Below are positions 35,976-44,931 of a stretch of 52,612 nucleotides of DNA, piece by piece. Source of the stretch: Acidimicrobiia bacterium (GTDB taxonomy: Bacteria; Actinomycetota; Acidimicrobiia; Spongiisociales; Spongiisociaceae). The translations under genes were made by a program, and so were the position numbers. Below the pieces are notes generated by a model that worked only from the letters and a program-made list of their open reading frames with translations, ran no database searches and was not told the DNA's origin. Within the stretch, counting starts at the first letter, position 1, and each line of letters opens with the position of its first letter. The stretch spans positions 1 through 52,612 of the forward strand of contig JBFGLM010000034.1 in NCBI GenBank assembly GCA_041576165.1, given 5' to 3'.

Positions 35976-36669
35976 CTTCAGACGCCAGGATGCGCTTCTT
36001 GAGCACCAGGTCTTTGGCCACCTCTGACGCCACTGCCGCGTCGCGACAGTACGCGTCGGCCCCGACTGCCGCCCCGAACTCCTCGTTCAGCGGGGCGCCG
36101 CCTACGAGCACGATGTAATCGTCGCGGATGCCCTTCTCGACCATCGTGTCGATCACGACCTTCATGTAGGGCATCGTCGTGGTGAGCAGCGCCGACATGC
36201 CGAGGATGTCGGGCTGGTGTTCTTTCAGCGCGTCGAGATACTCGTCGACGTCGGTGTTGATGCCGAGGTCGATCACCTCGAATCCAGCACCTTCGAGCAT
36301 CATCGCCACCAGGTTCTTGCCGATGTCGTGGATGTCGCCTTTCACCGTCCCGATCACCACTTTGCCGATCTGCTCGGCCCCGGTCTCGGCCAGCAGAGGC
36401 CGTAGGAGGGCCATGCCCGCTTTCATGGCATTGGCGGCGAGCAACACCTCAGGAACGAAGAGAATGCCGTCCCGAAAGTCGATGCCGACGATGCGCATTC
36501 CCTCCACCAATGCGTCGTTGAGAACCCGCTGGGCCTCCCACCCGCGATCGAGCAGGATGGTGGTGCCTTCAGCGATCTCGTCGGCGAGGCCGTCGTAGAG
36601 GTCGTCGTGCATCTGCTCGACGAGCTCGTCGTCCGGCAGGGTTGAAAGGTCGAGCTCTTCCTCGGTCAT
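35968..36669 (-). CDS. Cobalamin-binding corrinoid protein (MetH cap + B12 domains)
   Basis: GTVKGDIHDIGKNLV (DxHxxG), MSALLTTTM, VGGAP, FVPEVL; ATG at 36669. Confidence 0.94.
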   Translation of the reverse strand: MTEEELDLSTLPDDELVEQMHDDLYDGLADEIAEGTTILLDRGWEAQRVLNDALVEGMRIVGIDFRDGILFVPEVLLAANAMKAGMALLRPLLAETGAEQIGKVVIGTVKGDIHDIGKNLVAMMLEGAGFEVIDLGINTDVDEYLDALKEHQPDILGMSALLTTTMPYMKVVIDTMVEKGIRDDYIVLVGGAPLNEEFGAAVGADAYCRDAAVASEVAKDLVLKKRILASEDA

Positions 36670-36770
36670 GTCCACCAAGCCTGTGTGCTGTGCGGCGGCA
36701 TAAAGCCGGTCAAATGTGGTTGTGGCCACGCGGCAGGAGCCGCAGTGACGCAGTTGGGCCCGCAAGTCCG

Positions 36771-36920
36771 TTACCACATCGTGGAACGGTGCTACAGAGC
36801 GGAACTTTACCGCACGAGCGGCGAAATCGCCAGCAAAACCGGGGGGCGCGGCACGTGCATCGCGAGCTGGAAGTCGGTAGGCTCAGTTCCACATTGCAGC
36901 ATGGTGCCGCATCGTGGAAC
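36771..36920. promoter_or_regulatory. Divergent promoter region with four 17-bp palindromic operator-like sites (GTTCCAC-N3-GTGGAAC consensus)
   Basis: TTACCAC-ATC-GTGGAAC 36771, GTGCTAC-AGA-GCGGAAC 36789, GTTCCAC-ATT-GCAGCAT 36886, GTGCCGC-ATC-GTGGAAC 36904; -10-like TAAAGT (minus, 36809-36804) and TAGGCT (plus, 36878-36883). Confidence 0.65.
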
Positions 36921-36991
36921 CCGTTCCTCCAGGCCGGGGTTGGGGCGGCGCATCCGCTCGGTCGTCGGTACCCGTGGAAAAAGGAACTCCC

Positions 36992-39502
36992 ATGAGCGAC
37001 CTCCCTTCAGCCGCCAACGTCGTTGTCATCGGCGCCGGCATCGTCGGCAACTCGGTAGTGCACCATCTAGCCGAGCTTGGCTGGACCGGCATCGTCCAGA
37101 TCGACAAGGGTCCCCTCCCCAACCCCGGTGGTTCGACCGGCCACGCCTCGAACTTCATCTTCCCGGTCGACCACAACAAAGAGATGACCCATCTCACGCA
37201 CGACAGCCAGGAGCAGTACGAGGAGATGGGCGTCAACACGGTTTGCGGCGGCATCGAGGTCGCACGGACCGAAGAACGCATGGAGGAACTGCGCCGCCGC
37301 ATGACGTCGGCCAAGACCTGGGGTATCGAGGCCCGGATGCTCACGCCGGCCGAGGTCAAAGAGATGGTTCCCTATGTCGAGGAGGACCTGATCCTCGGCG
37401 GCTTTTACACCCCGTCCGTGTCGGTGGTCGATTCGCTACGGGCCGGCACGATCATGCGAGAGCGGGCAATGGAGCGCCACGCGCTGACTGTTTCGCCGAA
37501 CACAGAGGTCACGGACATTGACGTGACCGACGGCAAGATCAGCGGGGTGCGGACCGACAAAGGCGACATATCGTGCGACTACGTCGTGATCGCCTGCGGC
37601 GTGTGGAGCCCGCGACTCGCCGAGATGGCCGGTGCCAGCATCCCGCTGGCCCCGGCGGTCCACCAGATGATCGACGTCGGGCCGTTGGACATCCTGCAGG
37701 CCACCAACAGCGAGATCGGCTACCCGATCATCCGCGACATGGATACGTTCTGTTACGAGCGCCAAACCGGCGGGTCGATGGAGGTTGGCTCCTACGCCCA
37801 CCGGCCGATTTTCCATCATCCTGACACCATCCCCTCGATCGAGGAATCTCGTCTATCGCCTACCGAGCTGCCGCTGACCATGGACGACTTCGATCCCCAA
37901 CTCGAGCAGGCCGTCGAGCTCATGCCGATGCTGGGCGACGCGGAGATCAAGTACGGCATCAACGGCCTGCTGTCGCTCACCCCTGACGCCATGCCGCTGG
38001 TAGGGGAAACACCCGAGGTCAAGAACCTGTGGTCATGCGCCGCGATCTGGATCAAAGAGGGACCCGGCACCGGCCGGGCCGTGGCCGAGTGGATGACCTA
38101 TGGATACCCGCGGGTTGATCCGCATGCGTCCGACGTGGCGCGGTACTACGACTATCAGCGCACGGAGGAACACATCCTCGCCCGCTGCAGTGAACACTTC
38201 AACAAGACCTACGGGATCGTCCACCCGCGCGAGCAGTGGGATTCGGAGCGCAATAGCCGTGTGAGCTCGCTCCATCCGCAGACATCTGCTCTCGGTGCCG
38301 TGTATTTCGAAGCGGGCGGCTGGGAACGGCCCCACTGGTATGAGTCGAACGCACCACTGCTCGAGGAGTACCGGGACGAAATCCCCGAGCGGCCCCACGA
38401 ATGGGATCGACGGTGGTGGTCGCCCATCCAGAACGCCGAGCATCTGGCGTTGCGGGAGCGCGTCGGGATGGTGGACTTGACCGCCTTCGCCATATTCGAC
38501 ATAACCGGCCCGGGCGTCGTCGATTACATCCAGATGATGGCTGTCAACCAAGTCGACCGTCCGGTCGGCAGCGCGGTCTATACACCGCTGCTCACACCCG
38601 AGGGCGGGTTCCGTTCGGACCTGACGATCATGCGCTTGGCCGAAGATCATTACCGAGTCGTCACCGGCGGGTTCGACGGCGGACGCGACCGCTACTGGTT
38701 CCGGAAATGGCTCCCCGAGGACCGCTCGGTCACCTTCACCGATGTCACATCGGCGTACACGACAATCGGGGTGTGGGGCCCGAGGGCCCGGGACCTCGTG
38801 TCGCAGGTCACCAAAGATGACATTTCCCACGAGGGTTTTCCGTACGGAACGGTGAAACGGGCGACGATCGGGTCGATCCCCGTGCTGATGTTTCGCATCT
38901 CCTACGTGGGCGATCTGGGATGGGAGATCTACACGGCAATGGAGCATGGACCGCGACTGTGGGATGCGCTGTGGGAGACAGGCCACGATCTCGGCGTTGT
39001 GCCGGTCGGCGCGGGCGTCTACGGCACCACCGGACGGCTCGAGAAGGGTTACCGATTGATGGGCGCCGAGCTCGAATCTGAGTACAACCCGGTCGAGGCC
39101 GGGTTGGCGCGCCCCAAGGTCAAGAGCGCCGACTTCATCGGCAAGGAGGCCTACCTCCAGGCACGTGAAGAGGACCCGGCCGCCGTGTGCTGCACACTCA
39201 CGATCGAGAATCACGTCTCGGAGTCGGGCGTCGCTCGTTTCCCGATGGGTGGCAATGAACCGATCTTGACTCTGGACGGCGAGCGCATCGTGGACTCTAA
39301 GGGAAGGGTGTCGCGGGTCACCAGCGCCGGCGCCGGCCCGTCGCTGGGCAAGTTCCTGTTGCTCGGATACCTGCCGCCCGAGCACGCGGTGGAGGGGGCC
39401 GACCTGCAGGTCATGTACCAGAATGAGCTGTTCCCGGTGAAGGTGGCCCGGGTCGGGAGCCAGCCGTTGTTCGACCCCGACGACAAGCGGATGAAGTCGT
39501 GA
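36992..39502 (+). CDS. GcvT-fused FAD-dependent oxidoreductase (dimethylglycine/sarcosine dehydrogenase family)
   Basis: VIGAGIVG, GGSTGHAS, TPDAMPLVG, GWERPHWY, RISYVGDLGWEIY, RLEKGYRL; AAGGA RBS. Confidence 0.93.
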   Translation: MSDLPSAANVVVIGAGIVGNSVVHHLAELGWTGIVQIDKGPLPNPGGSTGHASNFIFPVDHNKEMTHLTHDSQEQYEEMGVNTVCGGIEVARTEERMEELRRRMTSAKTWGIEARMLTPAEVKEMVPYVEEDLILGGFYTPSVSVVDSLRAGTIMRERAMERHALTVSPNTEVTDIDVTDGKISGVRTDKGDISCDYVVIACGVWSPRLAEMAGASIPLAPAVHQMIDVGPLDILQATNSEIGYPIIRDMDTFCYERQTGGSMEVGSYAHRPIFHHPDTIPSIEESRLSPTELPLTMDDFDPQLEQAVELMPMLGDAEIKYGINGLLSLTPDAMPLVGETPEVKNLWSCAAIWIKEGPGTGRAVAEWMTYGYPRVDPHASDVARYYDYQRTEEHILARCSEHFNKTYGIVHPREQWDSERNSRVSSLHPQTSALGAVYFEAGGWERPHWYESNAPLLEEYRDEIPERPHEWDRRWWSPIQNAEHLALRERVGMVDLTAFAIFDITGPGVVDYIQMMAVNQVDRPVGSAVYTPLLTPEGGFRSDLTIMRLAEDHYRVVTGGFDGGRDRYWFRKWLPEDRSVTFTDVTSAYTTIGVWGPRARDLVSQVTKDDISHEGFPYGTVKRATIGSIPVLMFRISYVGDLGWEIYTAMEHGPRLWDALWETGHDLGVVPVGAGVYGTTGRLEKGYRLMGAELESEYNPVEAGLARPKVKSADFIGKEAYLQAREEDPAAVCCTLTIENHVSESGVARFPMGGNEPILTLDGERIVDSKGRVSRVTSAGAGPSLGKFLLLGYLPPEHAVEGADLQVMYQNELFPVKVARVGSQPLFDPDDKRMKS

Positions 39503-39568
39503 ACGCAAGCAGCGGGAACGCGGACCTTGCGATCCGGTTGGGCCCAGCGTTGGTGAGGTGACAAAGCA

Positions 39569-40333
39569 ATGAGAGTTCTCGTTTGCGTCAAGCGGGTCCC
39601 GGCCCCGGGCGCCCGGATCGTGCTCACGCCTGACGCCCAAGAGATCGACGCCAACATGTTGGGCTTCACAATCAGCCCCCACGAAGAATGCGCCGTCGAG
39701 GAGGCGGTACAGATCGTCGAGCGGGAGGGCGGGGCGGCGACGGTGCTCACCCTGGGCCCCTCAGAGGCCGAGGAGCAGCTCCGGACGGCTGTCTCGGTGG
39801 GCGCAGACGATGCCGTGCTGTTGGAGACCGACGGCGCTGACTGGGATCCGATGGCCACGGCGGCTGCGCTCACGAGCGCCATCAGCGACCTGGAAACCGC
39901 CAACGGCACGTTCGATCTGATCCTGTTCGGCAACGAGTCGGCTGACTCCGGCGGGTATCAGGTCGGCATCCGGGTGGCGCGAGCCCTGGGGCGGCCCATC
40001 GTCGGCGGCATCAAAGGTATCGACATCAAGAACGGCTCGATCGAGGCGCGCCGGGAAACGCCGACCGGTTCAGAGGTCTACCAGCTCCCGTTGCCCGCGG
40101 TTGTGGCCGTGCGCGAGGGCATCAACCTGCCCCGCTATCCCACCCTCAAAGGGAGGATGGCTGCAAAGAAAGTGGAGGTCTCCCGACTCTCGCCGTCCCA
40201 TATGGCCGGCGGGCAGTCGAAAGTCCAGCTGGTGAGCCCGCCCCAGTCGGGTTCACAGGTTGAGATCCTTGGCACCGGCGCCGCCGCCGCCGCGGCGGCG
40301 GTCGACAAGATCGAGGAGCTGGGGTTGCTGTGA
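39569..40333 (+). CDS. etfB: Electron transfer flavoprotein beta subunit
   Basis: VLVCVKRVP, AVEEAVQ, LILFGNESAD, INLPRYPTL. Confidence 0.92.
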   Translation: MRVLVCVKRVPAPGARIVLTPDAQEIDANMLGFTISPHEECAVEEAVQIVEREGGAATVLTLGPSEAEEQLRTAVSVGADDAVLLETDGADWDPMATAAALTSAISDLETANGTFDLILFGNESADSGGYQVGIRVARALGRPIVGGIKGIDIKNGSIEARRETPTGSEVYQLPLPAVVAVREGINLPRYPTLKGRMAAKKVEVSRLSPSHMAGGQSKVQLVSPPQSGSQVEILGTGAAAAAAAVDKIEELGLL

Positions 40334-41307
40334 GCGTGCACGTGTTTCTGGTCGAACACGATCGGGGCGAGCTGGCCGATACCACGCTGGGCGGCCTGAC
40401 GGCGGCCCGCCGGTTGGCCGACGCAGCAGGCGCGCCGTTGCATGCCGCGCTTGTCGGCGAAAAGGCCGATCCTCTCACGCCCATGCTCGGTGACTATGGG
40501 GTAACGGCAGTCCATCAGATCCACCACGAGGTTCTCACCGATTACGGGCCCGACGCATGGGCAGCGTCGCTCGCACAACTGGCCGACTCATTGGATGCCG
40601 GAGCCATCACCACCACCGGTACCGAGCGCGGGAACGAAGTGCTGGCTCACGTCGCCGCTATGGCGAATCTGGCGATGGTTGCGAACTGTCTCGTAGTCGA
40701 GCCCTCCCCGGACGACTGGGAGATGACACGGATCCGCTGGGGCGGCAGCCTCCACGAACGAGCCCGGCTGCGCGCACCGCGCAAACTCCTGACCTTTGCC
40801 CCGCACACCACCGAACCGGAGCCCGCCGCGGCTCCCGGCTCTGGCGAACCGGCGGTCTTCACGCCGCAGCTGGATGACGCTGCCGCGCTCACGATGGTCC
40901 ACGATCGCGTCACCACCTCCGAAGGCATCACCCTCGCCACCGCCCCTGTCGTCGTCAGCGGCGGGCGCGGAGTGGGGAGCGCCGAAAGGTTCGACATCAT
41001 CGAAGAGCTCGCGGCTGAGCTGGGCGGCGTCGTCGGGTGCTCCCGCGTGGTGACCAACAACGGCTGGAAGAACCACAAATTCCAGGTGGGCCAGACCGGT
41101 ACCGTTGTAGCGCCGGACCTCTACATAGCGTGCGGCATCTCGGGCGCGATCCAGCATTGGGTCGGCATGATGAACTCGAAGCACATCTTGGCCATCAATA
41201 CCGACAAGGATGCACCGATGGTCACCAAAGCGACGTGGGCAGTGGTCGGAGACCTGCACGAGATCGTCCCCGCCATCACCGCCGAGCTCAAGCGGCGACG
41301 TAGCTGA
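40330..41307 (+). CDS. etfA: Electron transfer flavoprotein alpha subunit
   Basis: [42 protein letters not shown]. Confidence 0.94.
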   Translation: MSVHVFLVEHDRGELADTTLGGLTAARRLADAAGAPLHAALVGEKADPLTPMLGDYGVTAVHQIHHEVLTDYGPDAWAASLAQLADSLDAGAITTTGTERGNEVLAHVAAMANLAMVANCLVVEPSPDDWEMTRIRWGGSLHERARLRAPRKLLTFAPHTTEPEPAAAPGSGEPAVFTPQLDDAAALTMVHDRVTTSEGITLATAPVVVSGGRGVGSAERFDIIEELAAELGGVVGCSRVVTNNGWKNHKFQVGQTGTVVAPDLYIACGISGAIQHWVGMMNSKHILAINTDKDAPMVTKATWAVVGDLHEIVPAITAELKRRRS

Positions 41308-41365
41308 CCGCGGGAGTGGCTGATGTCCCAGACCGGGCGTGGTAGCCTGCGTTTCGACAAGACAC

Positions 41366-41420
41366 CGCGCCAGATTTGATCGTCAGCTTGCGGGCGCTAA
41401 AGAAATGCAGCTAAAGCGAC
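41366..41420 (+). ncRNA. SAM-II (SAM-alpha)-like riboswitch aptamer
   Basis: CGCGCCAGATTTGATCGTCAGCTTGCGGGCGCTAAAGAAATGCAGCTAAAGCGAC: P1 GCGCC/GGCGC, conserved GAUUU, pseudoknot CUUGC/GCAG and GCUAAA; preceded by -10-like TAGCCT (41343) and upstream of a homocysteine methyltransferase. Confidence 0.8.
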
Positions 41421-41504
41421 CCGACAGGGCCAGCTAGAGAGCCAGCCACAAGGACCGGCCACCCGGCACAGTTCCTGATCGGAAGCGACTGGAGCAGATG
41501 CACC

Positions 41505-41536
41505 AACGCCGTTGCTTTACTGCAGCGGCGTTTCTC
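41505..41536 (+). terminator. Intrinsic terminator-like hairpin in the riboswitch leader
   Basis: AACGCCGTTGC-TTTACT-GCAGCGGCGTT then TCTC: 11-bp stem with one G-U pair. Confidence 0.6.
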
Positions 41537-41600
41537 GTGAACCCGCCGCCTTCCCGACCGCAGGTCCGATCGGCGCTCCGCCATGGAAGGGATTGCCGAT

Positions 41601-42587
41601 ATGAATACGTTCGAGCGGCTGCTTGCCACTCGCTCCGTGGTGGTGGCCGATGGAGGGATGGGAACGTCACTGTTCGCCCTCGGTTTGGCCAACGGCGAGA
41701 GCCCGGAGCTCCTCAACATCGAGCAACCGTCGATGGTCGAGACCGCCCACCGCGGGTTTCTCGACGGTGGCGCCGACATCATCCTCACCAATACCTTTGG
41801 GGGCACGCACCGGCGTTTGGCGCTACACAAGTTGGAGGATCGGGTTGCCGAGCTGAACAAGGCGGCAGTGGACGTGGCGCGATCCGCCGCCAACGGCATC
41901 GACCGCCCGATCGCAGTTGGTGGCAGCATCGGGCCTACCGGCGACCTGCTCGAGCCGCTGGGTCCCCTGTCGTTCGACGACGCAGTGGTGGCCTTCCGTG
42001 AGCAGGTGGGCGCGCTGGTCGAGGGCGGCGTCGACGTGCTGTGGATCGAGACCATGTCCTCGATGGACGAGTTGCAGGCTGCGTTCACCGCGGCGCAGCC
42101 GGCCGGCCTGCCGGTGGTCACCACCATGAGTTTCGACACCAACGGCAAGACGATGATGGGGGTGGCCCCGCGCCAGCTGGCCGAATGGTCTGTCACGTCC
42201 GGCGCGAACGCGATGGGCGGCAACTGCGGTATCGGCCTCGGCGATGTCGTGCTGGCGGTCCACGAGATCACCGAGACGGTGCCCGACGCGGTAGTGGTGG
42301 CGAAGGCCAACGCCGGGATCCCTGCGTACACGGCCGATGGCGGCCTGACCTATCCGGCCCAGCCGCTGGACATGTCGGCCTATGCGGCGTTGTCGGTGCG
42401 GGCCGGCGCCCGGATCGTCGGGGCGTGCTGCGGTTCGACTCCCGCCCACCTCACCGAGATCCGTCGCACGATCGACGACCTCGAAGGCGCCCGGCCCGGC
42501 ATCGAAGAGATCGTGAAGCGGCTTGGCGCTACCACCCCACCGGTCGTGTCCTCCCGCGGACGGGAGCGCCGCCGGCGCCGTAACTAG
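41601..42587 (+). CDS. bmt: Homocysteine S-methyltransferase (stand-alone MetH Hcy module, Bmt-like)
   Basis: ADGGMGT, GADIILTNTFG, GSIGPTG, IETMS, GGNCG, KANAGIP, GACCG (Zn ligands). Confidence 0.9.
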   Translation: MNTFERLLATRSVVVADGGMGTSLFALGLANGESPELLNIEQPSMVETAHRGFLDGGADIILTNTFGGTHRRLALHKLEDRVAELNKAAVDVARSAANGIDRPIAVGGSIGPTGDLLEPLGPLSFDDAVVAFREQVGALVEGGVDVLWIETMSSMDELQAAFTAAQPAGLPVVTTMSFDTNGKTMMGVAPRQLAEWSVTSGANAMGGNCGIGLGDVVLAVHEITETVPDAVVVAKANAGIPAYTADGGLTYPAQPLDMSAYAALSVRAGARIVGACCGSTPAHLTEIRRTIDDLEGARPGIEEIVKRLGATTPPVVSSRGRERRRRRN

Positions 42588-42634
42588 CGGCCCGGCCGAC
42601 TTGCCGGGCGCGGCCGAGAGGTACCCTGGGGACG

Positions 42635-43069
42635 GTGGCTGAGACTGAAGCCGAACTGATCGAAGCACTGCGCGCGGCCGGCTACCGGGTCACCATGCAG
42701 CGCCGACTCATCTGCCAGGTGCTCGCCGGCGCGCAGGGAGAGCATTTGAGCGCGGCCGACATCGTGGATCGGGCCGGCGAGCCCGCCGGAGCGCTCGATC
42801 TCTCGACCGTCTACCGAACGCTGGACGTGTTCGAGGAACTCGGCATGCTCCATCACGTCCACCTCGGTCACGGACCCGGCATCTACCACCTGAGCGAGCG
42901 GTCGGATCATCATCACCTGATGTGCGAGAAGTGCGGGCGGGTCGTCGACCTGCCGCTCGATGCGCTCGAGGCGAGTTTCACCGAGATCATTCGCGACTAC
43001 CAGTTCGTCCCCGACGGGATTCATTTCGCCATCCTCGGTCGCCACCTGGACTGCGCGACTGCGCCCTGA
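42635..43069 (+). CDS. Fur-family regulator, probably Zur
   Basis: GYRVTMQR, HLSA, STVYRTL, HHHLMCEKCG; precedes a metal ABC transporter. Confidence 0.9.
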   Translation: MAETEAELIEALRAAGYRVTMQRRLICQVLAGAQGEHLSAADIVDRAGEPAGALDLSTVYRTLDVFEELGMLHHVHLGHGPGIYHLSERSDHHHLMCEKCGRVVDLPLDALEASFTEIIRDYQFVPDGIHFAILGRHLDCATAP

Positions 43070-43111
43070 GGGGTCGCCGTGCGCCAAATCACCAATTGCC
43101 GTTGCTTCTTC

Positions 43112-43150
43112 AATTGCATATCCTTTGCGATTGATAATGACTCGCATGAA
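43112..43150 (+). promoter_or_regulatory. Fur/Zur box(es) overlapping a probably leaderless promoter
   Basis: AT-rich AATTGCATATCCTTTGCGATTGATAATGACTCGCAT; TGATAAT-G-ACTCGCA resembles a 7-1-7 Zur box; GATAAT lies 7 nt before ATG 43146. Confidence 0.6.
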
Positions 43151-44141
43151 GAGGGCCTTACCGCCGCATTGGGTGATGGTTGGCGGGCTGGCACTCCTGG
43201 CCGCGTGCGGCGGACAAGCCGGGGACGACACCGGAGCCGGGCTGCTGGTGGTGACCACGGTCTCGCCGATCACGAACCTGGCGGCAAACATCGTGTGCGA
43301 CCGGGCAGAGGTGGTGGGCATGGTCCCCGAGGGGGTCAATTCCCATACCTTCGCTCCCGTTCCCTCCGATGCTGCGACCCTGGCCGATGCCGACGTCGTG
43401 TTCGTCAACGGCCTCAATCTGGAGCTCCCGACCATCGAGCTGGCCGAAACCAACCTCGCGCCCGGAGTCGACATCATCTCGCTGGGGGAGGCCGCGCTGG
43501 ATCCGGCCGACTACATCTTCGATTTCTCCTTTCCGGAGGAGGCCGGCGATCCCAATCCCCATCTGTGGACCAATCCGCGCCATGCGCTCACGTATGCAGA
43601 AGTCATCACTGCCACGATGGCCGAACTCGATCCTGGGGGGGAATCCGCCTACCGCAACAACCTCGAGCAGCTGGGAGACCGGATCGAACAGCTCGACGCA
43701 GCCATCAGGGAGGCGACCGCCAGCATCCCGCCGGAGCGCCGCCGCCTGCTCACTTATCACGACTCGTTCCCGTACTTTGCCCGTGAATACGGCTGGGAGG
43801 TGATCGGCGCTATTCAGCCGTCGGATTTCGCGGAGCCGACGGCGCGGGAGGTGGCCGGCCTCATCGACCAGATCCGGGCAGAACACGTCCCGGCGATCTT
43901 CGGCTCCGAAGTCTTCCCCAGCCCAGTCCTGTCGCAGATCGCCGCCGAAACCGGGGTTCGGTACGTCGACGAGCTGCGAGACGACGACCTCCCGGGTGAA
44001 CCTGGCGATCCGGACCACTCCTACCTGGGCCTCATGGTGTTTGATCTGCGGACCATGGTGGACGCCCTGGACGGCGATTCCTCTCCGCTCGATCGGGTGC
44101 CCACCGACAACCTCTGTGACCAGGCGAGTTATGGAACCTGA
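43146..44141 (+). CDS. znuA: Zn/Mn ABC transporter substrate-binding lipoprotein
   Basis: Lipobox LAAC; NSHTF, NGLNLE, PNPHLW, TYHDSFPYFA. Start 43137 or 43146; metal specificity inferred. Confidence 0.87.
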   Translation: MKRALPPHWVMVGGLALLAACGGQAGDDTGAGLLVVTTVSPITNLAANIVCDRAEVVGMVPEGVNSHTFAPVPSDAATLADADVVFVNGLNLELPTIELAETNLAPGVDIISLGEAALDPADYIFDFSFPEEAGDPNPHLWTNPRHALTYAEVITATMAELDPGGESAYRNNLEQLGDRIEQLDAAIREATASIPPERRRLLTYHDSFPYFAREYGWEVIGAIQPSDFAEPTAREVAGLIDQIRAEHVPAIFGSEVFPSPVLSQIAAETGVRYVDELRDDDLPGEPGDPDHSYLGLMVFDLRTMVDALDGDSSPLDRVPTDNLCDQASYGT

Positions 44142-44931
44142 CACCGCCCCCCTCGTCTCACTGTCGACCATTGGCTTCGCCTACGACCAGGAGGCGGTGC
44201 TGTCGGACGTGACACTGGAAGTCCGCGCCGGTGAGCTGACCGGCATCGTCGGCCCGAGTGGTTCGGGCAAGACGACGCTCCTGAAGCTGATGGCTGGGGC
44301 GTTGACGCCGACAGTCGGAGTGGCGGAACGCCCGCCCGGTCTGCGGCTGGGCTACGTGCCGCAGGTGGAGACGGTGAACTGGTATTTCCCGGTGACGGTC
44401 GACGAAGTCGTCCTGATGGGCAGCCCCGCCCGGCGGCTGGGGATGGGCTACACCCGGGGCGAGCGGCACCGGGCGCACAACCTGCTGCACGATCTGGGCA
44501 TCGGGCACCTCGAGCACCGGCACATCCGCGAGCTGTCGGGCGGTCAGCAACAGCGCGTGTTCCTCGCGCGCGCCCTCATGGCGGATCCCCAACTGGTGCT
44601 GCTCGACGAGCCGATGTCGGGGGTGGACGTCAAGACCCGCCAGGACGTCCTGGTCACGCTGCAGGCGCTGGCCGGCCTCGGGGTGGCGGTGGTCTTGACC
44701 ACCCACGACCTGAACGGGGTCGCCGCCCACCTGCCGTACGTCATGTGTGTCAACCAGCGGATCGTCGCCCAGGGCCCGCCCGCCACCACCCTGGTTCCGG
44801 ACGTCCTGTTCGAGACGTTCGGCGCCGAGATGGAGTTGATCGAGCACGAAGGCCACCCAATCGTGATCGACAAGCACCCGGAGTCGGTGATCATCCCTCT
44901 CAAGAGGAGCTTCGATGGACATCCTGGCTGA
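44131..44931 (+). CDS. znuC: Metal ABC transporter ATP-binding protein
   Basis: GPSGSGKTT, GYVPQ, LSGGQQQRV, LLDEP, THDL. Confidence 0.88.
   Translation: MEPDTAPLVSLSTIGFAYDQEAVLSDVTLEVRAGELTGIVGPSGSGKTTLLKLMAGALTPTVGVAERPPGLRLGYVPQVETVNWYFPVTVDEVVLMGSPARRLGMGYTRGERHRAHNLLHDLGIGHLEHRHIRELSGGQQQRVFLARALMADPQLVLLDEPMSGVDVKTRQDVLVTLQALAGLGVAVVLTTHDLNGVAAHLPYVMCVNQRIVAQGPPATTLVPDVLFETFGAEMELIEHEGHPIVIDKHPESVIIPLKRSFDGHPG

Noticed and set aside
36670-36990. Cobalamin or other riboswitch upstream of the corrinoid operon
   Set aside because: No B12-box or other recognisable aptamer core was found by eye; the region is better explained by palindromic operators. An Infernal scan would be needed to exclude it.
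41405-41437. Short ORF MQLKRPDRAS in the methyltransferase leader as an attenuator peptide
   Set aside because: It has no Met/Cys enrichment, and its start lies within conserved SAM-II aptamer nucleotides.
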